DNA of 64,000 nt from the human T2T-CHM13v2.0 reference genome, Homo sapiens, in assembly GCF_009914755.1 (NCBI RefSeq), contig NC_060932.1; one strand, written 5' to 3'. The position numbers and the translations under genes are program-made. Below the pieces are notes generated by a model. The model worked only from the letters and a program-made list of their open reading frames with translations, ran no database searches and was not told where the DNA came from. This document shows positions 49,001 to 63,916 of this stretch, in pieces (position 1 is the first letter of the stretch; each line of letters opens with the position of its first letter).

Positions 49001-52000
49001 ACAGTGTTGATCCATTCTTTTGATACAGCAGTTTTGAACCACACTTTTTGTAGAATCTGCAAGTGGATATTTGGATAGCTGTGAGGATTTCGTTGGAAAC
49101 GGGAATGTCTTCATAGAAAATTTAGACAGAAGCATTCTCAGAACCTTGATTGTGATGTGTGTTCTCCACTAACAGAGTTGAACCTTTCTTTTGACAGAAC
49201 TGTTCTGAAACATTCTTTTTATAGAATCTGGAAGTGGATATTTGGAAAGCTTTGAGGATTTCGTTGGAAACGGGAATATCTTCAAATCAAATCTAGCCAG
49301 AAGCATTCTAAGAAACATCTTAGGGATGTTTACATTCAAGTCACAGAGTTGAACATTCCCTTTCACAGAGCAGGTTTGAAACAATCTTCTCGTACTATCT
49401 GGCAGTGGACATTTTGAGCTCCTTGGGGCCTATGCTGAAAAAGGAAATATCTTCCGACAAAAACTAGACAGAAGCATTCGCAGAATCACGTTTGTGATGT
49501 GTGCACTCAACTGTCAGAATTGAACCTTGGTTTGGACAGAGCACTTTTGAAACACTCTTTTTGTAGAATCTGCAGGTGGATATTTGGCTAGCTTTGAGGA
49601 TTTCGTTGGAAACGGTAATGTCTTCAAAGAAAATCTAGACAGAAGCATTCTCAGAAACACCTTCGTGATGTTTGCAATCAAGTCACAGAGTTGAACCTTC
49701 CGTTTCATAGAGCAGGTTGGAAACACTCTTTTTGTAGTATCTGGAAGTGGACATTTGGAGGGCTTTGTAGCCTATGTGGAAAAAGGAAATATCTTCCCAT
49801 GAATGCGAGATAGAAGTAATCTCAGAAACATGTTTATGCTGTATCTACTCAACTAACTGTGCTGAACATTTCTATTGATAGAGCAGTTTTGAGACACTCT
49901 TCTTTTGGAATCTGCAAGTGGATATTTGGAGAGATTTGAGGATTTCGTTGGAAACGGGATTATATATAAAAAGTAGACAGCAGCATTCTCAGAAACTTCT
50001 TTGTGATGTTTGCATCCAGCTCTCAGAGTTGAACATTCCCTTTCATAGAGTAGGTTTGAAACCCTCTTTTTATAGTGTCTGGAAGCGGGCATTTGGAGCG
50101 CTTTCAGACCTATGCTTAAAATAGGAAATATCTACCTACAGAAACTAGACAGAAGCATTCTGAGAATCTCGTTTGTGATGTGGGTACTCAACTAACAGTG
50201 TTGATCCATTCTTTTGATACAGCAGTTTTGAACCACACTTTTTGTAGAATCTGCAAGAGGATATTTGGATAGCTGTGAGGATTTCGTTGGAAACGGGAAT
50301 GTCTTCAAAGAAAATCTAGACAGAAACATTCTCAGAAACACCTTCGTGATGTTTGCAATCAAGTCACAGAGTTGAACCTTCCGTTTCATAGAGCAGGTTG
50401 GAAACACTCTTATTGTAGTATCTGGAAGTGGACATTTGGAGCGCTTTCAGGCCTATGGTGAAAAAGGAAATATCTTCCCATAAAAACGACATAGAAGCTA
50501 TCTCAGGAACTTGTTTATGATGCATCTAATCAACTAACAGTGTTGAACCTTTGTACTGACAGAGCAGTTTGAAACACTCTTTTTTTGGAATCTGCAAGTG
50601 GATATTTGGATCGCTTTGAGGATTTCGTTGGAAACGGGATGCAATATAAAACGTACACAGCAGCATACTCAGAAAATACTTTGCCATATTTCCATTCAAG
50701 TCACAGAGTGGAACATTCCCATTCATAGAGCAGGTTGGAAACACTCTTTTTGGAGTATCTGGAAGTGGACATTTGGAGCGCTTTCTGAACTATGGTGAAA
50801 AAGGAAATATCTTCCAATGAAAACAAGACAGAAGCATTCTGAGAAACTTATTTGTGATGTGTGTCCTCAACAAACGGACTTGAACCTTTCGTTTCATGCA
50901 GTACTTCTGGAACACTCTTTTTGAAGATTCTGCATGCGGATATTTGGATAGCTTTGAGGATTTCGTTGGAAACGGGCTTACATGTAAAAATTAGACAGCA
51001 GCATTCTCAGAAACTTCTTTGTGGTGTCTGCATTCAAGTCACAGAATTGAACTTCCCCTCACATAGAGCAGTTGTGCAGCACTCTATTTGTAGTATCTGG
51101 AAGTGGACATTTGGAGGGCTTTGTAGCCTATCTGGAAAAAGGAAATATCTTCCCATGAATGCGAGATAGAAGTAATCTCAGAAACATGTTTATGCTGTAT
51201 CTGCTCAACTAACTGTGCTGAACATTTCTATTGATAGAGCAGTTTTGAGACACTCTTCTTTTGGAATCTGCAAGTGGATATTTGGATAGATTTGAGGATT
51301 TCGTTGGAAACGGGATTATATATAAAAAGTAGACAGCAGCATTCTCAGAAACTTCTTTGTGATGTTTGCATCCAGCTCTCAGAGTTGAACATTCCCTTTC
51401 ATAGAGTAGGTTTGAAACCCTCTTTTTATAGTGTCTGGAAGCGGGCATTTGGAGCGCTTTCAGGCCTATGCTGAAAAAGGAAATATCTACGTATAGAAAC
51501 TAGACAGAAGCATTCTGAGAATCACGTTTGTGATGTGGGTACTCAACTAACAGTGTTGATCCATTCTTTTGATACAGCAGTTTTGAACCACACTTTTTGT
51601 AGAATCTGCAAGTGGATATTTGGATAGCTGTGAGGATTTCGTTGGAAACGGGAATGTCTTCATAGAAAATTTAGACAGAAGCATTCTCAGAACCTTGATT
51701 GTGATGTGTGTTCTCCACTAACAGAGTTGAACCTTTCTTTTGACAGAACTGTTCTGAAACATTCTTTTTATAGAATCTGGAAGTGGATATTTGGAAAGCT
51801 TTGAGGATTTCGTTGGAAACGGGAATATCTTCAAATAAAATCTAGCCAGAAGCATTCTAAGAAACATCTTAGGGATGTTTACATTCAAGTCACAGAGTTG
51901 AACATTCCCTTTCACAGAGCAGGTTTGAAACAATCTTCTCGTACTATCTGGCAGTGGACATTTTGAGCTCCTTGGGGCCTATGCTGAAAAAGGAAATATC

Positions 52001-55000
52001 TTCCGACAAAAACTAGACAGAAGCATTCGCAGAATCACGTTTGTGATGTGTGCACTCAACTGTCAGAATTGAACCTTGGTTTGGACAGAGCACTTTTGAA
52101 ACACTCTTTTTGTAGAATCTGCAGGTGGATATTTGGCTAGCTTTGAGGATTTCGTTGGAAACGGTAATGTCTTCAAAGAAAATCTAGACAGAAGCATTCT
52201 CAGAAACACCTTCGTGATGTTTGCAATCAAGTCACAGAGTTGAACCTTCCGTTTCATAGAGCAGGTTGGAAACACTCTTTTTGTAGTATCTGGAAGTGGA
52301 CATTTGGAGGGCTTTGTAGCCTATGTGGAAAAAGGAAATATCTTCCCATGAATGCGAGATAGAAGTAATCTCAGAAACATGTTTATGCTGTATCTACTCA
52401 ACTAACTGTGCTGAACATTTCTATTGATAGAGCAGTTTTGAGACACTCTTCTTTTGGAATCTGCAAGTGGATATTTGGAGAGATTTGAGGATTTCGTTGG
52501 AAACGGGATTATATATAAAAAGTAGACAGCAGCATTCTCAGAAACTTCTTTGTGATGTTTGCATCCAGCTCTCAGAGTTGAACATTCCCTTTCATAGAGT
52601 AGGTTTGAAACCCTCTTTTTATAGTGTCTGGAAGCGGGCATTTGGAGCGCTTTCAGGCCTATGCTTAAAATAGGAAATATCTACCTACAGAAACTAGACA
52701 GAAGCATTCTGAGAATCTCGTTTGTGATGTGGGTACTCAACTAACAGTGTTGATCCATTCTTTTGATACAGCAGTTTTGAACCACACTTTTTGTAGAATC
52801 TGCAAGAGGATATTTGGATAGCTGTGAGGATTTCGTTGGAAACGGGAATGTCTTCAAAGAAAATCTAGACAGAAACATTCTCAGAAACACCTTCGTGATG
52901 TTTGCAATCAAGTCACAGAGTTGAACCTTCCGTTTCATAGAGCAGGTTGGAAACACTCTTATTGTAGTATCTGGAAGTGGACATTTGGAGCGCTTTCAGG
53001 CCTATGGTGAAAAAGGAAATATCTTCCCATAAAAACGACATAGAAGCTATCTCAGGAACTTGTTTATGAGGCATCTAATCAACTAACAGTGTTGAACCTT
53101 TGTACTGACAGAGCAGTTTGAAACACTCTTTTTTTGGAATCTGCAAGTGGATATTTGGATCGCTTTGAGGATTTCGTTGGAAACGGGATGCAATATAAAA
53201 CGTACACAGCAGCATACTCAGAAAATTCTTTGCCATATTTCCATTCAAGTCACAGAGTGGAACATTCCCATTCATAGAGCAGGTTGGAAACACTCTTTTT
53301 GGAGTATCTGGAAGTGGACATTTGGAGCGCTTTCTGAACTATGGTGAAAAAGGAAATATCTTCCAATGAAAACAAGACAGAAGCATTCTGAGAAACTTAT
53401 TTGTGATGTGTGTCCTCAACAAACGGACTTGAACCTTTCGTTTCATGCAGTACTTCTGGAACACTCTTTTTGAAGATTCTGCATGCGGATATTTGGATAG
53501 CTTTGAGGATTTCGTTGGAAACGGGCTTACATGTAAAAATTAGACAGCAGCATTCTCAGAAACTTCTTTGTGGTGTCTGCATTCAAGTCACAGAATTGAA
53601 CATCCCCTCACATAGAGCAGTTGTGCAGCACTCTATTTGTAGTATCTGGAAGTGGACATTTGGAGGGCTTTGTAGCCTATGTGGAAAAAGGAAATATCTT
53701 CCCATGAATGCGAGATAGAAGTAATCTCAGAAACATGTTTATGCTGTATCTACTCAACTAACTGTGCTGAACGTTTCTATTGATAGAGCAGTTTTGAGAC
53801 ACTCTTCTTTTGGAATCTGCAAGTGGATATTTGGATAGATTTGAGGATTTCGTTGGAAACGGGATTATATATAAAAAGTAGACAGCAGCATTCTCAGAAA
53901 CTTCTTTGTGATGTTTGCATCCAGCTCTCAGAGTTGAACATTCCCTTTCATAGAGTAGGTTTGAAACCCTCTTTTTATAGTGTCTGGAAGCGGGCATTTG
54001 GAGCGCTTTCAGGCCTATGCTGAAAAAGGAAATATCTACCTATAGAAACTAGACAGAAGCATTCTGAGAATCACGTTTGTGATGTGGGTACTCAACTAAC
54101 AGTGTTGATCCATTCTTTTGATACAGCAGTTTTGAACCACACTTTTTGTAGAATCTGCAAGTGGATATTTGGATAGCTGTGAGGATTTCGTTGGAAACGG
54201 GAATGTCTTCATAGAAAATTTAGACAGAAGCATTCTCAGAACCTTGATTGTGATGTGTGTTCTCCACTAACAGAGTTGAACCTTTCTTTTGACAGAACTG
54301 TTCTGAAACATTCTTTTTATAGAATCTGGAAGTGGATATTTGGAAAGCTTTGAGGATTTCGTTGGAAACGGGAATATCTTCAAATCAAATCTAGCCAGAA
54401 GCATTCTAAGAAACATCTTAGGGATGTTTACATTCAAGTCACAGAGTTGAACATTCCCTTTCACAGAGCAGGTTTGAAACAATCTTCTCGTACTATCTGG
54501 CAGTGGACATTTTGAGCTCCTTGGGGCCTATGCTGAAAAAGGAAATATCTTCCGACAAAAACTAGACAGAAGCATTCGCAGAATCACGTTTGTGATGTGT
54601 GCACTCAACTGTCAGAATTGAACCTTGGTTTGGACAGAGCACTTTTGAAACACTCTTTTTGTAGAATCTGCAGGTGGATATTTGGCTAGCTTTGAGGATT
54701 TCGTTGGAAACGGTAATGTCTTCAAAGAAAATCTAGACAGAAGCATTCTCAGAAACACCTTCGTGATGTTTGCAATCAAGTCACAGAGTTGAACCTTCCG
54801 TTTCATAGAGCAGGTTGGAAACACTCTTTTTGTAGTATCTGGAAGTGGACATTTGGAGGGCTTTGTAGCCTATGTGGAAAAAGGAAATATCTTCCCATGA
54901 ATGCGAGATAGAAGTAATCTCAGAAACATGTTTATGCTGTATCTACTCAACTAACTGTGCTGAACATTTCTATTGATAGAGCAGTTTTGAGACACTCTTC

Positions 55001-58000
55001 TTTTGGAATCTGCAAGTGGATATTTGGAGAGATTTGAGGATTTCGTTGGAAACGGGATTATATATAAAAAGTAGACAGCAGCATTCTCAGAAACTTCTTT
55101 GTGATGTTTGCATCCAGCTCTCAGAGTTGAACATTCCCTTTCATAGAGTAGGTTTGAAACCCTCTTTTTATAGTGTCTGGAAGCGGGCATTTGGAGCGCT
55201 TTCAGGCCTATGCTTAAAATAGGAAATATCTACCTACAGAAACTAGACAGAAGCATTCTGAGAATCTCGTTTGTGATGTGGGTACTCAACTAACAGTGTT
55301 GATCCATTCTTTTGATACAGCAGTTTTGAACCACACTTTTTGTAGAATCTGCAAGAGGATATTTGGATAGCTGTGAGGATTTCGTTGGAAACGGGAATGT
55401 CTTCAAAGAAAATCTAGACAGAAACATTCTCAGAAACACCTTCGTGATGTTTGCAATCAAGTCACAGAGTTGAACCTTCCGTTTCATAGAGCAGGTTGGA
55501 AACACTCTTATTGTAGTATCTGGAAGTGGACATTTGGAGCGCTTTCAGGCCTATGGTGAAAAAGGAAATATCTTCCCATAAAAACGACATAGAAGCTATC
55601 TCAGGAACTTGTTTATGAGGCATCTAATCAACTAACAGTGTTGAACCTTTGTACTGACAGAGCAGTTTGAAACACTCTTTTTTTGGAATCTGCAAGTGGA
55701 TATTTGGATCGCTTTGAGGATTTCGTTGGAAACGGGATGCAATATAAAACGTACACAGCAGCATACTCAGAAAATTCTTTGCCATATTTCCATTCAAGTC
55801 ACAGAGTGGAACATTCCCATTCATAGAGCAGGTTGGAAACACTCTTTTTGGAGTATCTGGAAGTGGACATTTGGAGCGCTTTCTGAACTATGGTGAAAAA
55901 GGAAATATCTTCCAATGAAAACAAGACAGAAGCATTCTGAGAAACTTATTTGTGATGTGTGTCCTCAACAAACGGACTTGAACCTTTCGTTTCATGCAGT
56001 ACTTCTGGAACACTCTTTTTGAAGATTCTGCATGCGGATATTTGGATAGCTTTGAGGATTTCGTTGGAAACGGGCTTACATGTAAAAATTAGACAGCAGC
56101 ATTCTCAGAAACTTCTTTGTGGTGTCTGCATTCAAGTCACAGAATTGAACATCCCCTCACATAGAGCAGTTGTGCAGCACTCTATTTGTAGTATCTGGAA
56201 GTGGACATTTGGAGGGCTTTGTAGCCTATGTGGAAAAAGGAAATATCTTCCCATGAATGCGAGATAGAAGTAATCTCAGAAACATGTTTATGCTGTATCT
56301 ACTCAACTAACTGTGCTGAACATTTCTATTGATAGAGCAGTTTTGAGACACTCTTCTTTTGGAATCTGCAAGTGGATATTTGGATAGATTTGAGGATTTC
56401 GTTGGAAACGGGATTATATATAAAAAGTAGACAGCAGCATTCTCAGAAACTTCTTTGTGATGTTTGCATCCAGCTCTCAGAGTTGAACATTCCCTTTCAT
56501 AGAGTAGGTTTGAAACCCTCTTTTTATAGTGTCTGGAAGCGGGCATTTGGAGCGCTTTCAGGCCTATGCTGAAAAAGGAAATATCTACCTATAGAAACTA
56601 GACAGAAGCATTCTGAGAATCACGTTTGTGATGTGGGTACTCAACTAACAGTGTTGATCCATTCTTTTGATACAGCAGTTTTGAACCACACTTTTTGTAG
56701 AATCTGCAAGTGGATATTTGGATAGCTGTGAGGATTTCGTTGGAAACGGGAATGTCTTCATAGAAAATTTAGACAGAAGCATTCTCAGAACCTTGATTGT
56801 GATGTGTGTTCTCCACTAACAGAGTTGAACCTTTCTTTTGACAGAACTGTTCTGAAACATTCTTTTTATAGAATCTGGAAGTGGATATTTGGAAAGCTTT
56901 GAGGATTTCGTTGGAAACGGGAATATCTTCAAATCAAATCTAGCCAGAAGCATTCTAAGAAACATCTTAGGGATGTTTACATTCAAGTCACAGAGTTGAA
57001 CATTCCCTTTCACAGAGCAGGTTTGAAACAATCTTCTCGTACTATCTGGCAGTGGACATTTTGAGCTCCTTGGGGCCTATGCTGAAAAAGGAAATATCTT
57101 CCGACAAAAACTAGACAGAAGCATTCGCAGAATCACGTTTGTGATGTGTGCACTCAACTGTCAGAATTGAACCTTGGTTTGGACAGAGCACTTTTGAAAC
57201 ACTCTTTTTGTAGAATCTGCAGGTGGATATTTGGCTAGCTTTGAGGATTTCGTTGGAAACGGTAATGTCTTCAAAGAAAATCTAGACAGAAGCATTCTCA
57301 GAAACACCTTCGTGATGTTTGCAATCAAGTCACAGAGTTGAACCTTCCGTTTCATAGAGCAGGTTGGAAACACTCTTTTTGTAGTATCTGGAAGTGGACA
57401 TTTGGAGGGCTTTGTAGCCTATGTGGAAAAAGGAAATATCTTCCCATGAATGCGAGATAGAAGTAATCTCAGAAACATGTTTATGCTGTATCTACTCAAC
57501 TAACTGTGCTGAACATTTCTATTGATAGAGCACTTTTGAGACACTCTTCTTTTGGAATCTGCAAGTGGATATTTGGAGAGATTTGAGGATTTCGTTGGAA
57601 ACGGGATTATATATAAAAAGTAGACAGCAGCATTCTCAGAAACTTCTTTGTGATGTTTGCATCCAGCTCTCAGAGTTGAACATTCCCTTTCATAGAGTAG
57701 GTTTGAAACCCTCTTTTTATAGTGTCTGGAAGCGGGCATTTGGAGCGCTTTCAGGCCTATGCTTAAAATAGGAAATATCTACCTACAGAAACTAGACAGA
57801 AGCATTCTGAGAATCTCGTTTGTGATGTGGGTACTCAACTAACAGTGTTGATCCATTCTTTTGATACAGCAGTTTTGAACCACACTTTTTGTAGAATCTG
57901 CAAGAGGATATTTGGATAGCTGTGAGGATTTCGTTGGAAACGGGAATGTCTTCAAAGAAAATCTAGACAGAAACATTCTCAGAAACACCTTCGTGATGTT

Positions 58001-61000
58001 TGCAATCAAGTCACAGAGTTGAACCTTCCGTTTCATAGAGCAGGTTGGAAACACTCTTATTGTAGTATCTGGAAGTGGACATTTGGAGCGCTTTCAGGCC
58101 TATGGTGAAAAAGGAAATATCTTCCCATAAAAACGACATAGAAGCTATCTCAGGAACTTGTTTATGAGGCATCTAATCAACTAACAGTGTTGAACCTTTG
58201 TACTGACAGAGCAGTTTGAAACACTCTTTTTTTGGAATCTGCAAGTGGATATTTGGATCGCTTTGAGGATTTCGTTGGAAACGGGATGCAATATAAAACG
58301 TACACAGCAGCATACTCAGAAAATTCTTTGCCATATTTCCATTCAAGTCACAGAGTGGAACATTCCCATTCATAGAGCAGGTTGGAAACACTCTTTTTGG
58401 AGTATCTGGAAGTGGACATTTGGAGCGCTTTCTGAACTATGGTGAAAAAGGAAATATCTTCCAATGAAAACAAGACAGAAGCATTCTGAGAAACTTATTT
58501 GTGATGTGTGTCCTCAACAAACGGACTTGAACCTTTCGTTTCATGCAGTACTTCTGGAACACTCTTTTTGAAGATTCTGCATGCGGATATTTGGATAGCT
58601 TTGAGGATTTCGTTGGAAACGGGCTTACATGTAAAAATTAGACAGCAGCATTCTCAGAAACTTCTTTGTGGTGTCTGCATTCAAGTCACAGAATTGAACA
58701 TCCCCTCACATAGAGCAGTTGTGCAGCACTCTATTTGTAGTATCTGGAAGTGGACATTTGGAGGGCTTTGTAGCCTATGTGGAAAAAGGAAATATCTTCC
58801 CATGAATGCGAGATAGAAGTAATCTCAGAAACATGTTTATGCTGTATCTACTCAACTAACTGTGCTGAACATTTCTATTGATAGAGCAGTTTTGAGACAC
58901 TCTTCTTTTGGAATCTGCAAGTGGATATTTGGATAGATTTGAGGATTTCGTTGGAAACGGGATTATATATAAAAAGTAGACAGCAGCATTCTCAGAAACT
59001 TCTTTGTGATGTTTGCATCCAGCTCTCAGAGTTGAACATTCCCTTTCATAGAGTAGGTTTGAAACCCTCTTTTTATAGTGTCTGGAAGCGGGCATTTGGA
59101 GCGCTTTCAGGCCTATGCTGAAAAAGGAAATATCTACCTATAGAAACTAGACAGAAGCATTCTGAGAATCACGTTTGTGATGTGGGTACTCAACTAACAG
59201 TGTTGATCCATTCTTTTGATACAGCAGTTTTGAACCACACTTTTTGTAGAATCTGCAAGTGGATATTTGGATAGCTGTGAGGATTTCGTTGGAAACGGGA
59301 ATGTCTTCATAGAAAATTTAGACAGAAGCATTCTCAGAACCTTGATTGTGATGTGTGTTCTCCACTAACAGAGTTGAACCTTTCTTTTGACAGAACTGTT
59401 CTGAAACATTCTTTTTATAGAATCTGGAAGTGGATATTTGGAAAGCTTTGAGGATTTCGTTGGAAACGGGAATATCTTCAAATAAAATCTAGCCAGAAGC
59501 ATTCTAAGAAACATCTTAGGGATGTTTACATTCAAGTCACAGAGTTGAACATTCCCTTTCACAGAGCAGGTTTGAAACAATCTTCTCGTACTATCTGGCA
59601 GTGGACATTTTGAGCTCCTTGGGGCCTATGCTGAAAAAGGAAATATCTTCCGACAAAAACTAGACAGAAGCATTCGCAGAATCACGTTTGTGATGTGTGC
59701 ACTCAACTGTCAGAATTGAACCTCGGTTTGGACAGAGCACTTTTGAAACACTCTTTTTGTAGAATCTGCAGGTGGATATTTGGCTAGCTTTGAGGATTTC
59801 GTTGGAAACGGTAATGTCTTCAAAGAAAATCTAGACAGAAGCATTCTCAGAAACACCTTCGTGATGTTTGCAATCAAGTCACAGAGTTGAACCTTCCGTT
59901 TCATAGAGCAGGTTGGAAACACTCTTTTTGTAGTATCTGGAAGTGGACATTTGGAGGGCTTTGTAGCCTATGTGGAAAAAGGAAATATCTTCCCATGAAT
60001 GCGAGATAGAAGTAATCTCAGAAACATGTTTATGCTGTATCTACTCAACTAACTGTGCTGAACATTTCTATTGATAGAGCAGTTTTGAGACACTCTTCTT
60101 TTGGAATCTGCAAGTGGATATTTGGATAGATTTGAGGATTTCGTTGGAAACGGGATTATATATAAAAAGTAGACAGCAGCATTCTCAGAAACTTCTTTGT
60201 GATGTTTGCATCCAGCTCTCAGAGTTGAACATTCCCTTTCATAGAGTAGGTTTGAAACCCTCTTTTTATAGTGTCTGGAAGCGGGCATTTGGAGCGCTTT
60301 CAGACCTATGCTTAAAATAGGAAATATCTACCTACAGAAACTAGACAGAAGCATTCTGAGAATCTCGTTTGTGATGTGGGTACTCAACTAACAGTGTTGA
60401 TCCATTCTTTTGATACAGCAGTTTTGAACCACACTTTTTGTAGAATCTGCAAGAGGATATTTGGATAGCTGTGAGGATTTCGTTGGAAACGGGAATGTCT
60501 TCAAAGAAAATCTAGACAGAAACATTCTCAGAAACACCTTCGTGATGTTTGCAATCAAGTCACAGAGTTGAACCTTCCGTTTCATAGAGCAGGTTGGAAA
60601 CACTCTTATTGTAGTATCTGGAAGTGGACATTTGGAGCGCTTTCAGGCCTATGGTGAAAAAGGAAATATCTTCCCATAAAAACGACATAGAAGCTATCTC
60701 AGGAACTTGTTTATGAGGCATCTAATCAACTAACAGTGTTGAACCTTTGTACTGACAGAGCAGTTTGAAACACTCTTTTTTTGGAATCTGCAAGTGGATA
60801 TTTGGATCGCTTTGAGGATTTCGTTGGAAACGGGATGCAATATAAAACGTACACAGCAGCATACTCAGAAAATTCTTTGCCATATTTCCATTCAAGTCAC
60901 AGAGTGGAACATTCCCATTCATAGAGCAGGTTGGAAACACTCTTTTTGGAGTATCTGGAAGTGGACATTTGGAGCGCTTTCTGAACTATGGTGAAAAAGG

Positions 61001-63916
61001 AAATATCTTCCAATGAAAACAAGACAGAAGCATTCTGAGAAACTTATTTGTGATGTGTGTCCTCAACAAACGGACTTGAACCTTTCGTTTCATGCAGTAC
61101 TTCTGGAACACTCTTTTTGAAGATTCTGCATGCGGATATTTGGATAGCTTTGAGGATTTCGTTGGAAACGGGCTTACATGTAAAAATTAGACAGCAGCAT
61201 TCTCAGAAACTTCTTTGTGGTGTCTGCATTCAAGTCACAGAATTGAACATCCCCTCACATAGAGCAGTTGTGCAGCACTCTATTTGTAGTATCTGGAAGT
61301 GGACATTTGGAGGGCTTTGTAGCCTATGTGGAAAAAGGAAATATCTTCCCATGAATGCGAGATAGAAGTAATCTCAGAAACATGTTTATGCTGTATCTAC
61401 TCAACTAACTGTGCTGAACATTTCTATTGATAGAGCAGTTTTGAGACACTCTTCTTTTGGAATCTGCAAGTGGATATTTGGATAGATTTGAGGATTTCGT
61501 TGGAAACGGGATTATATATAAAAAGTAGACAGCAGCATTCTCAGAAACTTCTTTGTGATGTTTGCATCCAGCTCTCAGAGTTGAACATTCCCTTTCATAG
61601 AGTAGGTTTGAAACCCTCTTTTTATAGTGTCTGGAAGCGGGCATTTGGAGCGCTTTCAGGCCTATGCTGAAAAAGGAAATATCTACCTATAGAAACTAGA
61701 CAGAAGCATTCTGAGAATCACGTTTGTGATGTGGGTACTCAACTAACAGTGTTGATCCATTCTTTTGATACAGCAGTTTTGAACCACACTTTTTGTAGAA
61801 TCTGCAAGTGGATATTTGGATAGCTGTGAGGATTTCGTTGGAAACGGGAATGTCTTCATAGAAAATTTAGACAGAAGCATTCTCAGAACCTTGATTGTGA
61901 TGTGTGTTCTCCACTAACAGAGTTGAACCTTTCTTTTGACAGAACTGTTCTGAAACATTCTTTTTATAGAATCTGGAAGTGGATATTTGGAAAGCTTTGA
62001 GGATTTCGTTGGAAACGGGAATATCTTCAAATCAAATCTAGCCAGAAGCATTCTAAGAAACATCTTAGGGATGTTTACATTCAAGTCACAGAGTTGAACA
62101 TTCCCTTTCACAGAGCAGGTTTGAAACAATCTTCTCGTACTATCTGGCAGTGGACATTTTGAGCTCCTTGGGGCCTATGCTGAAAAAGGAAATATCTTCC
62201 GACAAAAACTAGACAGAAGCATTCGCAGAATCACGTTTGTGATGTGTGCACTCAACTGTCAGAATTGAACCTTGGTTTGGACAGAGCACTTTTGAAACAC
62301 TCTTTTTGTAGAATCTGCAGGTGGATATTTGGCTAGCTTTGAGGATTTCGTTGGAAACGGTAATGTCTTCAAAGAAAATCTAGACAGAAGCATTCTCAGA
62401 AACACCTTCGTGATGTTTGCAATCAAGTCACAGAGTTGAACCTTCCGTTTCATAGAGCAGGTTGGAAACACTCTTTTTGTAGTATCTGGAAGTGGACATT
62501 TGGAGGGCTTTGTAGCCTATGTGGAAAAAGGAAATATCTTCCCATGAATGCGAGATAGAAGTAATCTCAGAAACATGTTTATGCTGTATCTACTCAACTA
62601 ACTGTGCTGAACATTTCTATTGATAGAGCAGTTTTGAGACACTCTTCTTTTGGAATCTGCAAGTGGATATTTGGAGAGATTTGAGGATTTCGTTGGAAAC
62701 GGGATTATATATAAAAAGTAGACAGCAGCATTCTCAGAAACTTCTTTGTGATGTTTGCATCCAGCTCTCAGAGTTGAACATTCCCTTTCATAGAGTAGGT
62801 TTGAAACCCTCTTTTTATAGTGTCTGGAAGCGGGCATTTGGAGCGCTTTCAGGCCTATGCTTAAAATAGGAAATATCTACCTACAGAAACTAGACAGAAG
62901 CATTCTGAGAATCTCGTTTGTGATGTGGGTACTCAACTAACAGTGTTGATCCATTCTTTTGATACAGCAGTTTTGAACCACACTTTTTGTAGAATCTGCA
63001 AGAGGATATTTGGATAGCTGTGAGGATTTCGTTGGAAACGGGAATGTCTTCAAAGAAAATCTAGACAGAAACATTCTCAGAAACACCTTCGTGATGTTTG
63101 CAATCAAGTCACAGAGTTGAACCTTCCGTTTCATAGAGCAGGTTGGAAACACTCTTATTGTAGTATCTGGAAGTGGACATTTGGAGCGCTTTCAGGCCTA
63201 TGGTGAAAAAGGAAATATCTTCCCATAAAAACGACATAGAAGCTATCTCAGGAACTTGTTTATGAGGCATCTAATCAACTAACAGTGTTGAACCTTTGTA
63301 CTGACAGAGCAGTTTGAAACACTCTTTTTTTGGAATCTGCAAGTGGATATTTGGATCGCTTTGAGGATTTCGTTGGAAACGGGATGCAATATAAAACGTA
63401 CACAGCAGCATACTCAGAAAATACTTTGCCATATTTCCATTCAAGTCACAGAGTGGAACATTCCCATTCATAGAGCAGGTTGGAAACACTCTTTTTGGAG
63501 TATCTGGAAGTGGACATTTGGAGCGCTTTCTGAACTATGGTGAAAAAGGAAATATCTTCCAATGAAAACAAGACAGAAGCATTCTGAGAAACTTATTTGT
63601 GATGTGTGTCCTCAACAAACGGACTTGAACCTTTCGTTTCATGCAGTACTTCTGGAACACTCTTTTTGAAGATTCTGCATGCGGATATTTGGATAGCTTT
63701 GAGGATTTCGTTGGAAACGGGCTTACATGTAAAAATTAGACAGCAGCATTCTCAGAAACTTCTTTGTGGTGTCTGCATTCAAGTCACAGAATTGAACATC
63801 CCCTCACATAGAGCAGTTGTGCAGCACTCTATTTGTAGTATCTGGAAGTGGACATTTGGAGGGCTTTGTAGCCTATGTGGAAAAAGGAAATATCTTCCCA
63901 TGAATGCGAGATAGAA
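46074..63916 (+). repeat. Seven tandem 15-mer (7+8) HORs, 2549-bp period
   Basis: The ORF track shows exact 2549-bp periodicity (46620, 49169, 51718, 54267, 56816, 59365, 61914). Confidence 0.95.

Noticed and set aside
8-63914. About 260 short ORFs (60-102 aa) on both strands, including a recurring 102-aa ORF
   Set aside because: They are chance open frames repeated with the HOR period. Many start at GTG or TTG, overlap on opposite strands, have no recognisable domain, and are freely broken by SNPs and indels.
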